Assembly: GCA_903858055.1 (NCBI GenBank)
Contig: CAIOHM010000382.1
Location: 1-33,929 of the forward strand
DNA length: 33,929 nucleotides
Source of the DNA: an uncultured delta proteobacterium
GTDB lineage: Bacteria > Myxococcota_A > Polyangia > Polyangiales > Polyangiaceae
Direction: 5' to 3'
Below are positions 25,630 to 33,929 of this stretch, in pieces. Under the pieces are notes generated by a model. It did not search any database and was not told the DNA's origin. It saw only the letters and a program-made list of their open reading frames with translations. Each line of letters starts with the position of its first letter. The first letter of the stretch is position 1. A program made the translations under genes and the position numbers.

Positions 25630-28340
25630 CGGAAGACGGTCGGCACGCGGCCTGCGGGGAGGTGTCGAACGGCGACCCAGGAGGCCACGGTGCCCCCGAG
25701 CGCAACGAGGCCAAGCGCCAGCAAGAACCCGACCCAGCTGATGCGTCGCGCTTTCGCCTCGATCGGCGCAGCGACGCGCACGCTCGGGCCCGCGGCGGGC
25801 ACGTCGCGCTCGTACGACGCAGCGTGCGCGGACGGCGAATCGCTTAGCTCTTCGGAAGGAGGCAGGCTTGGCACCGTACGCGGGATCTCGCTCGCCGCCC
25901 CCTCGGCATCGACCGCTTCGGTTGGGAGAGAGGGGTCGAGGTCGACCGGCAGCGGCGGGGGCACCGCGAGGGCGACGGCTGGCGCGACCGGAACAGCGGG
26001 AATCTCGCGCGGCGTCGCGATCGGATCGGGGTCAGGCTCGTCGCCCGCGGCGATCATCGCGTCGATCGTCGTCGACGCCGCACCCGACGCGAGCACGTCG
26101 AGCGTCGAGCGTTCGAGGAGGGGCGCTTCGTGCGCAACCACGTCGTCCGCCAAGCGCGCGGGCACGGGTGCGTTCATCGCGACGACGACCTCTTCCACGT
26201 GGCCCAGCGCCAGACCCTGCTCCGCGACGTCGACGGGAATCGGGACGACGATAGGCATCGAGAAGCGCACCTTGGGTGCCTCGACGAGGCTCCTCACGCG
26301 CACTCGCTCGAGCGCCTCCTGCATGCGGTCCGTCCCCAGGTTGTCGCGCGCGGAGACGATGGCGCCGCGCCGCGCGAGGTCGACCATGAGGGCGAGCAGC
26401 GCATCGGCTTCCACCGTGCCGCTCGCGACGAGCCGATGGGGAGCCACGCCATCACGGAGACCGTCGAGCGCCCGCTTCAGCGAGCCCGGGAGAGCGGGCG
26501 CGCCGCTGTCCACGAGGTCGAGATCGATCTCGAGCGCGGCGAGCGAGAGCCAACGCTCCACGACGAGCTCGACCGACGCGCGTGCACGCTCGAGCAGCGG
26601 TTCCACGGCGGAGGAGAGCGGCTTCGCCGTCTCGGCCCCGAGCTGGCGCGCGAGCGGCGAGGCTTCGAAGCGCGCGCTCCGCACGCCGAGGAAGCTCGCA
26701 AGGGCTCGCCGACCGCGAAGGAGCGACCCATCGCTGCCGCTGCGCGTGCACGACGCGAGCAGCGACCCCACGAACTCGAGCTCGAACACGTGACGGCCAT
26801 CGCGAACGACGAGGCGCGCCTGCTTCTTCTGCTCGGCCACGAGGCGCGCGAGGGTGAACGCGGTCATGCCGTCGAGGCGACCGTGAACCATCTCTTCCCT
26901 CGCGAGACGCTGCGAGAGGCGCACGCGCGGCCGCAACGCTTCGCGGACCGCCGCGAGGAGGTGCTCGCTGTCGCTCTCCTTGCGCACGTAACCGTCGGCT
27001 TCGCTCCCGAGCTCGCGCACACGGCGCAAGAGGTCTTCTTTCCACGAGAGGAGCACCACGGGGACATCGCCGAGCGTGACGTCGCGGCGCAGCGCGCGGC
27101 CGAGCGTGAGGCCGTCCATGCCTGGCATCACGACGTCGCTCACGACGACGTCCGGGCGCTCACGCTCCGCGAGCCCTCGCGCGGTGTCGCCGTCGTACGC
27201 CTCGATCACGGTCATGCCCGCGGCGCGCAGCTGCTCGGCGATGAACCAGGTGACCGCAGCGTCGTCGTCGACCACGAGCGCACGCAGCCCTTCGAGGCTC
27301 ACGTCGCCCGCACGATCACCGGCGCGGCGTCGATCGTGGGCGCGGACTTCGTCCGAGATCTCGGCGGCGAGGGCGAGCGCGCCTTCGGGGCCTGCGTCGA
27401 CGAAGCGAACGGCGCCTTCGGTGCGGCGCGTAACGAGCTCGCGAATGCGGGCGATCGCAGACCAGAGCGCCGCGGTGATCATGGGGTCCCGACCGAGCGG
27501 GACGGCAACCGGGGCCGAGGCGGGATCGATTCCTTCCACAAGGGCGCGGTGCAGCTCGTCGACGAGCTCGAGGCCCAGGTCTCGCGCGCTCCGCGGCGGC
27601 GTGGTGGTGGCCACGAGGGCGACCTCCCGGCGGCTCTTGGCGAGCTCCACGACCCCGTCGAGTTCGGCTGGCGCTTCGACGGCGATCGCCCCGTGGGCAC
27701 GCGCCAGATCCCGGTCTCCCACGACGACGACCAGCGGCTCGAGAGCCTCTCGAAGCGCCGTCGGCGCGACACCACTCGCCATGCCGCGTGCGTCGACGAC
27801 CAGCAAATCGCCGCGCCCGCCGCCCTCGACGGCGACGACGTCCGTACGCGCCTCGAGCCAGGCGAGGATGTCGTGGTCGCCGACGATGCGTACGCGGAAA
27901 TCGCCGCGCACCGGCAGCGGCAGCGGGGCCGAGCGGTCGCGGATCCCTGAGTTGGGGATCGGCGTGAAGGGCCGCTCGTGCGCCGGGAAGCTCTCCTCCG
28001 GAGCGGTGCTCCAGAGGGCTTTCGGCGCGTCTTCGGCGGCCTTCGCCAGGCGCTCGAGGTCGCCGCCTTCCGCGGCCTTCTCCGCCAGGATCTTGAGCTC
28101 TTCCGCGAGCGCATGGAGCCGGAAGCCTTGGGCGCGCTGCGCTTGGCGTCGCAAACCTGCCACCGCCCGGTCGCGCTGCTCCAGGGCCGCGGGCGTCTCG
28201 CCGAGGCGCGACGACTCGCGCAGCGCCGCTCCGAGCTCGCTGCTGACCCGACCGAGCTCGGTCGCGAACTCGGCTTGCGCGCCGCTGAGAAGCGTACGAG
28301 AGCTGGTTTCTTCGCCCCGAGCGTGCGTCGCGTTCATCAT
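25626..28340 (-). CDS. Tail-anchored multidomain response regulator: N-terminal helical and degenerate receiver-like regions, intact REC, DUF4388-like domain, Pro-rich spacer, C-terminal TM helix
   Basis: Track ORF of 904 aa with ATGATG at 28335-28340. REC spans ~aa 352-470 (nt ~26931-27287): LRALVVDDD, acceptor context DVVVSDVVMPGMDG, VVLLS, YVRKES. DUF4388-like segment: GRLDGMTAFTLARLVAEQKKQARLVVRDGRHVFELEFVGSLLASC...GRRALASFLGVRSARFEA. C-terminal TM: ISWVGFLLALGLVALGGTVASWVAV. The stop overlaps the downstream GTG (GTGA). Confidence 0.8.
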   Translation of the reverse strand: MMNATHARGEETSSRTLLSGAQAEFATELGRVSSELGAALRESSRLGETPAALEQRDRAVAGLRRQAQRAQGFRLHALAEELKILAEKAAEGGDLERLAKAAEDAPKALWSTAPEESFPAHERPFTPIPNSGIRDRSAPLPLPVRGDFRVRIVGDHDILAWLEARTDVVAVEGGGRGDLLVVDARGMASGVAPTALREALEPLVVVVGDRDLARAHGAIAVEAPAELDGVVELAKSRREVALVATTTPPRSARDLGLELVDELHRALVEGIDPASAPVAVPLGRDPMITAALWSAIARIRELVTRRTEGAVRFVDAGPEGALALAAEISDEVRAHDRRRAGDRAGDVSLEGLRALVVDDDAAVTWFIAEQLRAAGMTVIEAYDGDTARGLAERERPDVVVSDVVMPGMDGLTLGRALRRDVTLGDVPVVLLSWKEDLLRRVRELGSEADGYVRKESDSEHLLAAVREALRPRVRLSQRLAREEMVHGRLDGMTAFTLARLVAEQKKQARLVVRDGRHVFELEFVGSLLASCTRSGSDGSLLRGRRALASFLGVRSARFEASPLARQLGAETAKPLSSAVEPLLERARASVELVVERWLSLAALEIDLDLVDSGAPALPGSLKRALDGLRDGVAPHRLVASGTVEADALLALMVDLARRGAIVSARDNLGTDRMQEALERVRVRSLVEAPKVRFSMPIVVPIPVDVAEQGLALGHVEEVVVAMNAPVPARLADDVVAHEAPLLERSTLDVLASGAASTTIDAMIAAGDEPDPDPIATPREIPAVPVAPAVALAVPPPLPVDLDPSLPTEAVDAEGAASEIPRTVPSLPPSEELSDSPSAHAASYERDVPAAGPSVRVAAPIEAKARRISWVGFLLALGLVALGGTVASWVAVRHLPAGRVPTVFR

Positions 28341-28381
28341 ACCGCGCGCGTATCATCCCCGGATCGCGGAGGACCAGTTTC

Positions 28382-29614
28382 TTGCACTCTTCATCCGTTC
28401 CCTCGCCTGCACGCTTCGAGCGTGCGTCCCTCGACGACTTGGAGGAGCTACTCCGTATCCATACGGCGTCTTTCCCCGATCCTCGCGGCCGTGCCGAGCG
28501 CGTGGCGAACTTCGTGGAAAACGGCCACGGTGGGTTCGAGCGACTCTTCGTGCTCCGCGCCGAGGGGCGGATCGTGGCTCACGCCTTCCTCTTCGCCCTC
28601 GAGGTGTCGATCGGCGGCGCTCTCGTACCGTTTGGCGGGGTCGCGACCGTCGGGGTCGCACCCGAGGCGCGCGGGCGCGGCTTTGGAGGCCAGCTCCTCG
28701 AGGCGCTCCACGACGAGGCGTCGCGCGAGGGTCTCGCCGGCACGTTCCTCTACGCGTTCCGGCAAGGCTTCTACCGACGCTTCGGCTACGGGCGCACGCA
28801 GCTTCGGGCGGTGCTCGACGCGAGTCCCGCGAGCTTTTCTTCAGGCGTGCACGCTGCACGCACGCGCCCCGCGCTCACGGAGGAAGACTTCCAGCAGGTC
28901 GTGGCGCTCCACGAAGACTCCCTCGCGCGCAGCACGCTCGCGCACCGCAGGCCGGAGCGCCTCTGGAGCCAGCGCCGGAGCCGCACGACACGGGAGTGGG
29001 TCCTCGCCGAGCGCGACGGTCATGCCGTCGGCTATTTGTCGGCAGACCGCGGCTGTGCCGAACCCCATGGCCCGGTCGCGCTCGAGATCGGGGACTTCGT
29101 CGCGCTCGATCGCGACGCCGAGGGGGCGCTGCTCGCGTGGGTGGGCTCTCAGCGGGACCAAGTCGAGCGCGTCGTGTGGGAGCGCGCGGCGGCCGACCTC
29201 GAGCGCCTGGAGCTCGTGGACCCCGACCGCCATCGCCACGGAACGGCGGCGATCGAGCACCCGCTCGGCACGTTGGCGCTGGGACCGATGGTCCGCATCG
29301 GGCGCGATCTCGGGGCGTTCGTCTCGAGGCGCGGCTGGCCCCTCGACGGCACCGTGCGCGTCGGCGTTCGCGGGGACCACGGCGAGCGAATCGGCGCGTG
29401 GAGTCTGAGCGTTCGGCACGGGCGCGCGCATGGCGAGGCCCTCCCGCCGCTCGAACAGGTCGATGTCGAGGGTGCGCACCATGACCTCGCGAGCCTCATG
29501 GCCGGCGGCGTTCGCCTGGGTGATCTTGGCGCGCTGCACGTTCGCGAGGGCGCGGCCGTGGACCTCGCCGCGTTCTTCGCGCTAGCCCCTACGCGTGTCA
29601 CCGATGCCTTCTGA
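28382..29614 (+). CDS. GNAT family N-acetyltransferase, Eis-like three-domain architecture
   Basis: Track ORF of 410 aa. TTG start at 28382 with GGAGGA 8 nt upstream. Acetyl-CoA binding motif A: GVATVGVAPEARGRGFGGQLLEAL. The length and C-terminal region are consistent with GNAT + second GNAT-like + SCP2-like domains of Eis-type enzymes. Confidence 0.7.
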   Translation: MHSSSVPSPARFERASLDDLEELLRIHTASFPDPRGRAERVANFVENGHGGFERLFVLRAEGRIVAHAFLFALEVSIGGALVPFGGVATVGVAPEARGRGFGGQLLEALHDEASREGLAGTFLYAFRQGFYRRFGYGRTQLRAVLDASPASFSSGVHAARTRPALTEEDFQQVVALHEDSLARSTLAHRRPERLWSQRRSRTTREWVLAERDGHAVGYLSADRGCAEPHGPVALEIGDFVALDRDAEGALLAWVGSQRDQVERVVWERAAADLERLELVDPDRHRHGTAAIEHPLGTLALGPMVRIGRDLGAFVSRRGWPLDGTVRVGVRGDHGERIGAWSLSVRHGRAHGEALPPLEQVDVEGAHHDLASLMAGGVRLGDLGALHVREGAAVDLAAFFALAPTRVTDAF

Positions 29615-30365
29615 GCCAGCACCGTCGACGGATCTCGCGGGCACGACCCGGGTCGATCGCCTCATCGAGGCCGTCCCCGTGGCCGTCGCGTCGGCCGTGC
29701 CGACGTTCCTCCGTGCGCGCGCGCTGCACGGCACCCTCGACGAGGCGTTTGGGGCGTTTGCCCTCGCGGCGCTGCTCACGTTCTTGCCCGCGCTCCTCGT
29801 CCTCGGGGCGGTGCGCAAAGGCCGCGACGGTGTGCGCGCCCTCGCGGGTGACCTCTCGGTGGCCGGCGTCGGCATGGCGGTCGGGGCGAGCGTCTTGGTT
29901 CTCGCCTTCTGGGAGCGCCTCGGGGCGTTCCTCGCCCACGCGACGCACCACCGCGGCCTCGGCGGCGTCGCCTTTGCGGCGGGCGGCCTCATCCTCGCGC
30001 TCGCCGTCTCGCTCGTCACGCGCCGCGCCTGGCCCGCGGTCGAGGCGCAGGGTGCAGCCTTCGCGACGTTCGTCGGCGTCGCGGGGCTCTTCTCGCCCGT
30101 CGCGTTGCTCACGCTCGGCGCGAGCACGCCGGCCTCGCCGACCGACTCCTTGGGCCTCTTCGTCGTCGACGCGGTGAGCCTGCTCGTGGTCGCGGTCGCA
30201 TGGGTCTCTCAGTTGGCGCCGGCCGAGTGGCCCCCGCGCGCCCGCGCGCTGCTTGGGTCCGCCGCGGCGCTCCTCGTCGCAGCGGCAGGGCTTCACCTTC
30301 GGACAACGAGCGATTTTCCACGTGAAGCCGTCGCCTTCGCGTTCCGAGCCCTGACCCTCCGTTGA
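29604..30365 (+). CDS. Polytopic inner-membrane protein, function unknown
   Basis: Track ORF 29595..30365. ATG 29604 overlaps the GNAT stop by 11 nt; GTG 29595 is an alternative start. About six hydrophobic helices (FGAFALAALLTFLPALLVLGAV, VAGVGMAVGASVLVLAFW, GGVAFAAGGLILALAVSLV, FATFVGVAGLFSPVALLTLGA, LFVVDAVSLLVVAVAWV, LLGSAAALLVAAAGL). Strong GC3 bias. Confidence 0.6.
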   Translation: MPSEPAPSTDLAGTTRVDRLIEAVPVAVASAVPTFLRARALHGTLDEAFGAFALAALLTFLPALLVLGAVRKGRDGVRALAGDLSVAGVGMAVGASVLVLAFWERLGAFLAHATHHRGLGGVAFAAGGLILALAVSLVTRRAWPAVEAQGAAFATFVGVAGLFSPVALLTLGASTPASPTDSLGLFVVDAVSLLVVAVAWVSQLAPAEWPPRARALLGSAAALLVAAAGLHLRTTSDFPREAVAFAFRALTLR

Positions 30366-30455
30366 CGGGGCGGGACCCGTCGTTATGCTTCCGTGTGCTG
30401 CGGCGTTTTCCGCGCATCCCGGCATCCGCCGCCTTTCCCCCGCATCGAGACCATC

Positions 30456-31205
30456 ATGGCGATTTCGTACGGCTACGATTACCGAGGCCACGCGCGCTCG
30501 GCCCTCCGCACGACCGACTTCGTTCGTCGCGTGTACACCTACTTCACCATGGGCATCGTCGCGGCGATCGCCGGCGGCCTGACCTCGCTCTACCTGAGCG
30601 GCACCACGGAAGTGCGCGCCGGCTTCGACGTCGTCGCGCTCCCCTCGGCGGTCGCCTTCGTGGTCCAGCACCCGTTCATCACGATGGGCGGCTACTTCGC
30701 GGCGTTCCTCGTCGCGAACTCCATGCGGTTCCGCCCGGGGGTGAACGTCGCCGCGCTCGTGGGCTACGCGTTCGTCACGGGCCTCGTCATCGCGCCTTCG
30801 GTCTTCATCGCGCAGCTCATGGCCTCGAGCGGCGCCACCCTCGACGCGAACCCCGTCCGTGACGCGTTCTTCCTCACGGGCGCCGCTTTCTTCGGCCTCA
30901 CCTCGTACGCGATGACCACCAAGCGCGACCTCTCCGCGCTCGGCTCGTTCCTGACGATGGGCCTGTGGATCCTCATCGCCGCGTCGATCCTCGGGTTCTT
31001 CTTCCACGCACAGGCGTTCCACCTCGCCATCTCGAGCGTCGCCGTCATGCTCTTCGGCGGGTTCATCGTCTACGACACCGCGCGTATCGTGCGCTCCGGC
31101 GACGACTCGGACCCCGTTGGCGCGGCGCTCGGCCTCTTCCTCGACGTGGTGAACCTGTTCATCAACCTGCTTCGCATTCTCTCGGCGACCTCGCGCGATC
31201 GCTGA
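30456..31205 (+). CDS. Bax inhibitor-1 / YccA (TMBIM) family membrane protein
   Basis: Track ORF 30393..31205, trimmed to ATG 30456 (MAISYGYDYRGHARSALRTTDFVRRVYTYFTMGIVAA). Seven-TM pattern. The characteristic C-terminal region is FGGFIVYDTARIV...GAALGLFLDVVNLFINLLRIL. Confidence 0.85.
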   Translation: MAISYGYDYRGHARSALRTTDFVRRVYTYFTMGIVAAIAGGLTSLYLSGTTEVRAGFDVVALPSAVAFVVQHPFITMGGYFAAFLVANSMRFRPGVNVAALVGYAFVTGLVIAPSVFIAQLMASSGATLDANPVRDAFFLTGAAFFGLTSYAMTTKRDLSALGSFLTMGLWILIAASILGFFFHAQAFHLAISSVAVMLFGGFIVYDTARIVRSGDDSDPVGAALGLFLDVVNLFINLLRILSATSRDR

Positions 31206-31235
31206 GCGCGGTCCCTCCAGCGTCGAGACCACCTC

Positions 31236-32384
31236 ATGAAGACCCTCACCCAGCACCGGGCGCACGCCGCACTCCGCTGGGCGAGGGTCGCGCTGTTTGC
31301 ATTCTGCACGATGCTCGGCTTCGCGCGCACGGCCGGTGCCATGCCCGCACCGCCGGTTCCGAGCGAGTTCCACACGCGCACCTTGGGCGCCGTCACCGCG
31401 GCCTTTCCTCCGAACGCCGACGCGCGCGTGCAGGAGCTCCTGGCGCAGGTCCCTCGCGTGCAGCAGTCGCTCGCGCGGCTCCTCGGGCATCCGCTCGACG
31501 AGCCGGTCGACCTGCGCTTCGTCTGGGCACCCGAGGAAATGGCCGCTCTTGCGCCCGCCGACGCCCCGCCTCCGCGCTATGCCACGGGCGTCTCGTACCC
31601 CGCCCAGCGCGTCGCCATCGTCGCCCTCGCGGACGCACGAAACCCAAGCGCCGCGAACGCGGGCGAAACGCTGGCCCATGAGCTCGCCCACGTGGCGCTC
31701 GCGCAGGCGACCGCCGACGCGCCGCTGCCACGCTGGTTCCACGAAGGCTTCGCGATTCATGCCGCGGGCGAGCGGAGCCTCGCGCGCTACGAGGTCCTCG
31801 CCGAGGCCGCCGCCTTTCGCCAGCTCATCCCCCTCGAGTCCCTCGACGGCCACTTCGCCGACGAGAGCTTCGACGTCACGCTCGCCTACGCCGAGTCCGC
31901 TGACGTCTTGCGCTTTCTCTCGCGCGACGGCGACCGCTTGCGCTTCGTGGGGCTCCTCGAGCGGCTGCGCGTGGGCCAGCCCTTCGATCGCGCCCTCGCC
32001 GACGCCTTCGGAATCGACCTGCGCAAGCTCGACTACGAGTGGCGGAGCGAGGCGGCCAAGCGCTTCGCCTTCCTCCCGATCTTCACGGGTGGCTCGGTCT
32101 TGTGGGTCGCGATGGCGGTCGTCTTCGCCTTCGGGTGGGCGCGCAAGCGGCGCGAGGCCAAGGCCACGCTGAACCGCTGGGAGGCCGAGGAGAACGAGTC
32201 GCGCCGCCTCGCCGAGCTCTCGCGTTTGGGCTTCGTCGAACGAGACGCGGTGACGCCAGCCGCGCCGCCGCCCATGCAGGCGTCGCTCGCAAACGAGGCG
32301 ACCGAGGAAACCCACGACGGGCCACGCGTGTCCCCTTCGCGCCTCGTGGTCGAGCACGACGGGCGCTGGCACACGCTTCATTGA
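31236..32384 (+). CDS. Peptidase MA-like zinc metallohydrolase (Peptidase_MA_2-like) with signal peptide, C-terminal TM helix and charged cytoplasmic tail
   Basis: Track ORF of 382 aa. Signal-like N-terminus ALRWARVALFAFCTMLGFARTAGA. HEXXH motif is AHELAHVAL. The third-ligand block WFHEGFAIH lies ~20 aa downstream. TM helix FAFLPIFTGGSVLWVAMAVVFAFGW is followed by ARKRREAKA. Confidence 0.7.
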   Translation: MKTLTQHRAHAALRWARVALFAFCTMLGFARTAGAMPAPPVPSEFHTRTLGAVTAAFPPNADARVQELLAQVPRVQQSLARLLGHPLDEPVDLRFVWAPEEMAALAPADAPPPRYATGVSYPAQRVAIVALADARNPSAANAGETLAHELAHVALAQATADAPLPRWFHEGFAIHAAGERSLARYEVLAEAAAFRQLIPLESLDGHFADESFDVTLAYAESADVLRFLSRDGDRLRFVGLLERLRVGQPFDRALADAFGIDLRKLDYEWRSEAAKRFAFLPIFTGGSVLWVAMAVVFAFGWARKRREAKATLNRWEAEENESRRLAELSRLGFVERDAVTPAAPPPMQASLANEATEETHDGPRVSPSRLVVEHDGRWHTLH

Positions 32385-32440
32385 GAAAGCGCAGCGCGAG
32401 TTTTTGTTGAGGCGTTCGAACTGCGCTTAGGCTGCCGTCG

Positions 32441-33929
32441 ATGCGTTCGGTCCCGCGCTCGGTGCTCGCCGCCTACGCCGCCTCGCTCGGGCTGTCGGCG
32501 ACGCTCGTGCTCGCGCTGCGTCGCGAACACGAGCCTGCGGGCGAGGTCCCCGTGGTCGCGCCTGCGTACCGGCGTGTCCACGTGACGGCGGTGCCCCCGC
32601 CCCTCGCGTCACTCACCGCGGCCGTGTTCGGGAGCGAGCGCCCTGCGAAGCCGTGGCTGCGCGCGCACGACGTGTTCGTCGACCCGGACCTCCACAACGG
32701 CTTCCTCGTCATCGACGATGGCGTTCACGCACCGGCGTCGCTCCCGCTCGCGGGTCTCTTGCGCGAGACGAGCGTCACCGTCGACGAGGCGCGACCGCTG
32801 CGCGTGACCCTGCGCGACGAGGACGGACATCCCCTCGCGGGCGCGTCGCTCCGCGCCCTGGACGAACCTTGGGCCACGGCGCTCGCCCCCGCGACGACGG
32901 ACGAAGGCGGCGTCGTCGTTTGGCCGCGCCCTCCCCAAGAGGCCTTTCGTGTGGCGCTCACGAGCCCCGGCCACGTGAGGCGCGTGCTCGACAGCACGGT
33001 CTTCGAAGGCGAAGCGGTGGTCCTCGAGCGCTCCGTGCAGCGCACGTTCGAAGCGCACGACGAGCACGACGCGCCGCTCGCAGACGCGCGCGTGTGGGTC
33101 GCCTCGGGTGGGTCGTTCGAGGAGGTCTCGGGCTCGCTGACGACGCCGGGTTCGCTGGCGCTCACGTTGCCTCGCAAGACCCCCGCGCCGGTGCGCATCG
33201 AGACAAACCGCGGTTGCAGCGCGCCGGGGCTCGCGCTGCGCGGGGAGGGCCCGGGACCTTCGCGCATCCAGCTCCGTGAGGGTTGGTTCCAGCGCATCGC
33301 GGTACGCGCACGCGAAGGCACGCCGCTCCCCGCGCGCGTGCGCTTTGGCGATCCGGACGACGCCCGTTGGCGTCCCCAGATCGCCACGGACGAGGCGGGC
33401 TTGGCGACAATCGGTCCGATCTGCTCCGCAGCGATCGCGATCACCGCGGACGTTGGCGAGTCGACGACCACGGTGGTCCTTCGGCGCGGGGAGCTGGCGG
33501 AGGCGTCGCTCGTGGTCGAGCGGCCGGCCAGGCTCCGCGTCGCGGTGACGGATGACGAGGGAGTCGCCGTACCGCAGGTCCGCGTGGCGCTCGCGCCGGT
33601 CGAGGAGGAAGGCCCGCAACGCGTCAACGAGGCGTCCGGGTCGCTGCTCGGGCGCGGTTACGTGCCGATGGGCGAGCTCGGCGTGACCCGGGGTCCCGTC
33701 GCCACGCTCGCGGAGCTCGAACGCGACGGCTTCCGTCAGGGCGCGGTCGGCCAGCCGATCACCAACGCGGACGGCGACGTTCGCCTCGGGCACCTCCCGC
33801 CGGGACGCGTGACGGTCACGCTCCGACGCACGGGCTACGTACCGGCGACGCTCGGTCCGATCGAGCTCGTGGCGGGTGACGAGATCGCGATCCAAGGGCG
33901 GCTCACGCGGGCCGCGCATGTCGAGGGCA
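32441..33929 (+). CDS. Carboxypeptidase-regulatory-like (CarboxypepD_reg) repeat protein with N-terminal signal/anchor; 3' end beyond the right window edge
   Basis: Not in the ORF track (no in-window stop). ATG 32441 gives MRSVPRSVLAAYAASLGLSATLVLAL. I read the frame open to 33929 with very strong GC3 bias. It carries repeated Ig-like modules of the pattern LRVTLRDEDGHPLAGASLRAL...TDEGGVVVW, LRVAVTDDEGVAVPQVRVAL and ITNADGDVRLGHLPPGRVTVTLRRTGYVP. The 436-aa minus-strand track ORF here is its antisense shadow. Confidence 0.75.
   Translation, partial: MRSVPRSVLAAYAASLGLSATLVLALRREHEPAGEVPVVAPAYRRVHVTAVPPPLASLTAAVFGSERPAKPWLRAHDVFVDPDLHNGFLVIDDGVHAPASLPLAGLLRETSVTVDEARPLRVTLRDEDGHPLAGASLRALDEPWATALAPATTDEGGVVVWPRPPQEAFRVALTSPGHVRRVLDSTVFEGEAVVLERSVQRTFEAHDEHDAPLADARVWVASGGSFEEVSGSLTTPGSLALTLPRKTPAPVRIETNRGCSAPGLALRGEGPGPSRIQLREGWFQRIAVRAREGTPLPARVRFGDPDDARWRPQIATDEAGLATIGPICSAAIAITADVGESTTTVVLRRGELAEASLVVERPARLRVAVTDDEGVAVPQVRVALAPVEEEGPQRVNEASGSLLGRGYVPMGELGVTRGPVATLAELERDGFRQGAVGQPITNADGDVRLGHLPPGRVTVTLRRTGYVPATLGPIELVAGDEIAIQGRLTRAAHVEG

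Noticed and set aside
23155-26793. 1212-aa plus-strand ORF
   Set aside because: It is antisense to the lipoprotein (23455..25629) and response-regulator (25626..28340) genes, which have a signal peptide, lipobox and REC motifs. Its composition is Arg/Ala/Ser/Pro-rich low complexity.
29598-32381. 927-aa minus-strand ORF
   Set aside because: It is antisense to four plus-strand genes with clear features (6-TM protein, BI-1, HEXXH peptidase). The Arg/Glu/Asp/Gly-rich translation has no domain signature.

Overview
Very GC-rich (by eye about 70% or more, with extreme third-codon-position GC bias), densely coded chromosomal segment. The gene content points to a Myxococcota genome, possibly Sorangiineae-like. 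This is an inference from two Hanks-type Ser/Thr kinases, a giant sigma-54 enhancer-binding protein, a TIGR02266-like PilZ protein, a REC-DUF4388 response regulator and several lipobox lipoproteins.

I can support 24 protein-coding genes. Two are cut by the window edges and are therefore absent from the supplied ORF track: a kinase at 1..927 (-) and a carboxypeptidase-regulatory-like repeat protein at 32441..33929 (+).

Recognisable functions:
- beta-oxidation pair fadN-fadA
- RNase E/G
- glutaredoxin grxC
- murein-peptide ligase mpl
- quinone-oxidoreductase-like MDR enzyme
- AEC transporter, SAM methyltransferase and a glycosyltransferase-TPR fusion
- BI-1/YccA, a peptidase-MA-like protein and an Eis-like GNAT

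I see no rRNA, tRNA, CRISPR array, transposase, integrase or phage genes, and no recognisable defence system or biosynthetic cluster. Most of the very long ORFs in the six-frame track are antisense or off-frame shadow ORFs typical of high-GC DNA.

I do not see an unambiguous new multi-gene system. The leads most worth following are:
1. A near-consensus sigma-54 -24/-12 promoter plus three helically phased TGGCAC repeats upstream of a secreted beta-propeller lipoprotein of unknown function, with a sigma-54 activator encoded nearby.
2. An RNase E/G whose S1 domain carries a roughly 260-aa acidic-then-basic repeat-containing insertion, while the protein lacks a C-terminal scaffold.
3. A tail-anchored REC-DUF4388 response regulator translationally coupled (GTGA overlap) to a lipoprotein with a motif-divergent sulfatase-like domain.
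4. A same-strand envelope cluster: GNAT/Eis, membrane protein, BI-1, peptidase MA and a CarboxypepD_reg repeat protein.

All functional calls come from reading motifs by eye. No database search was run.
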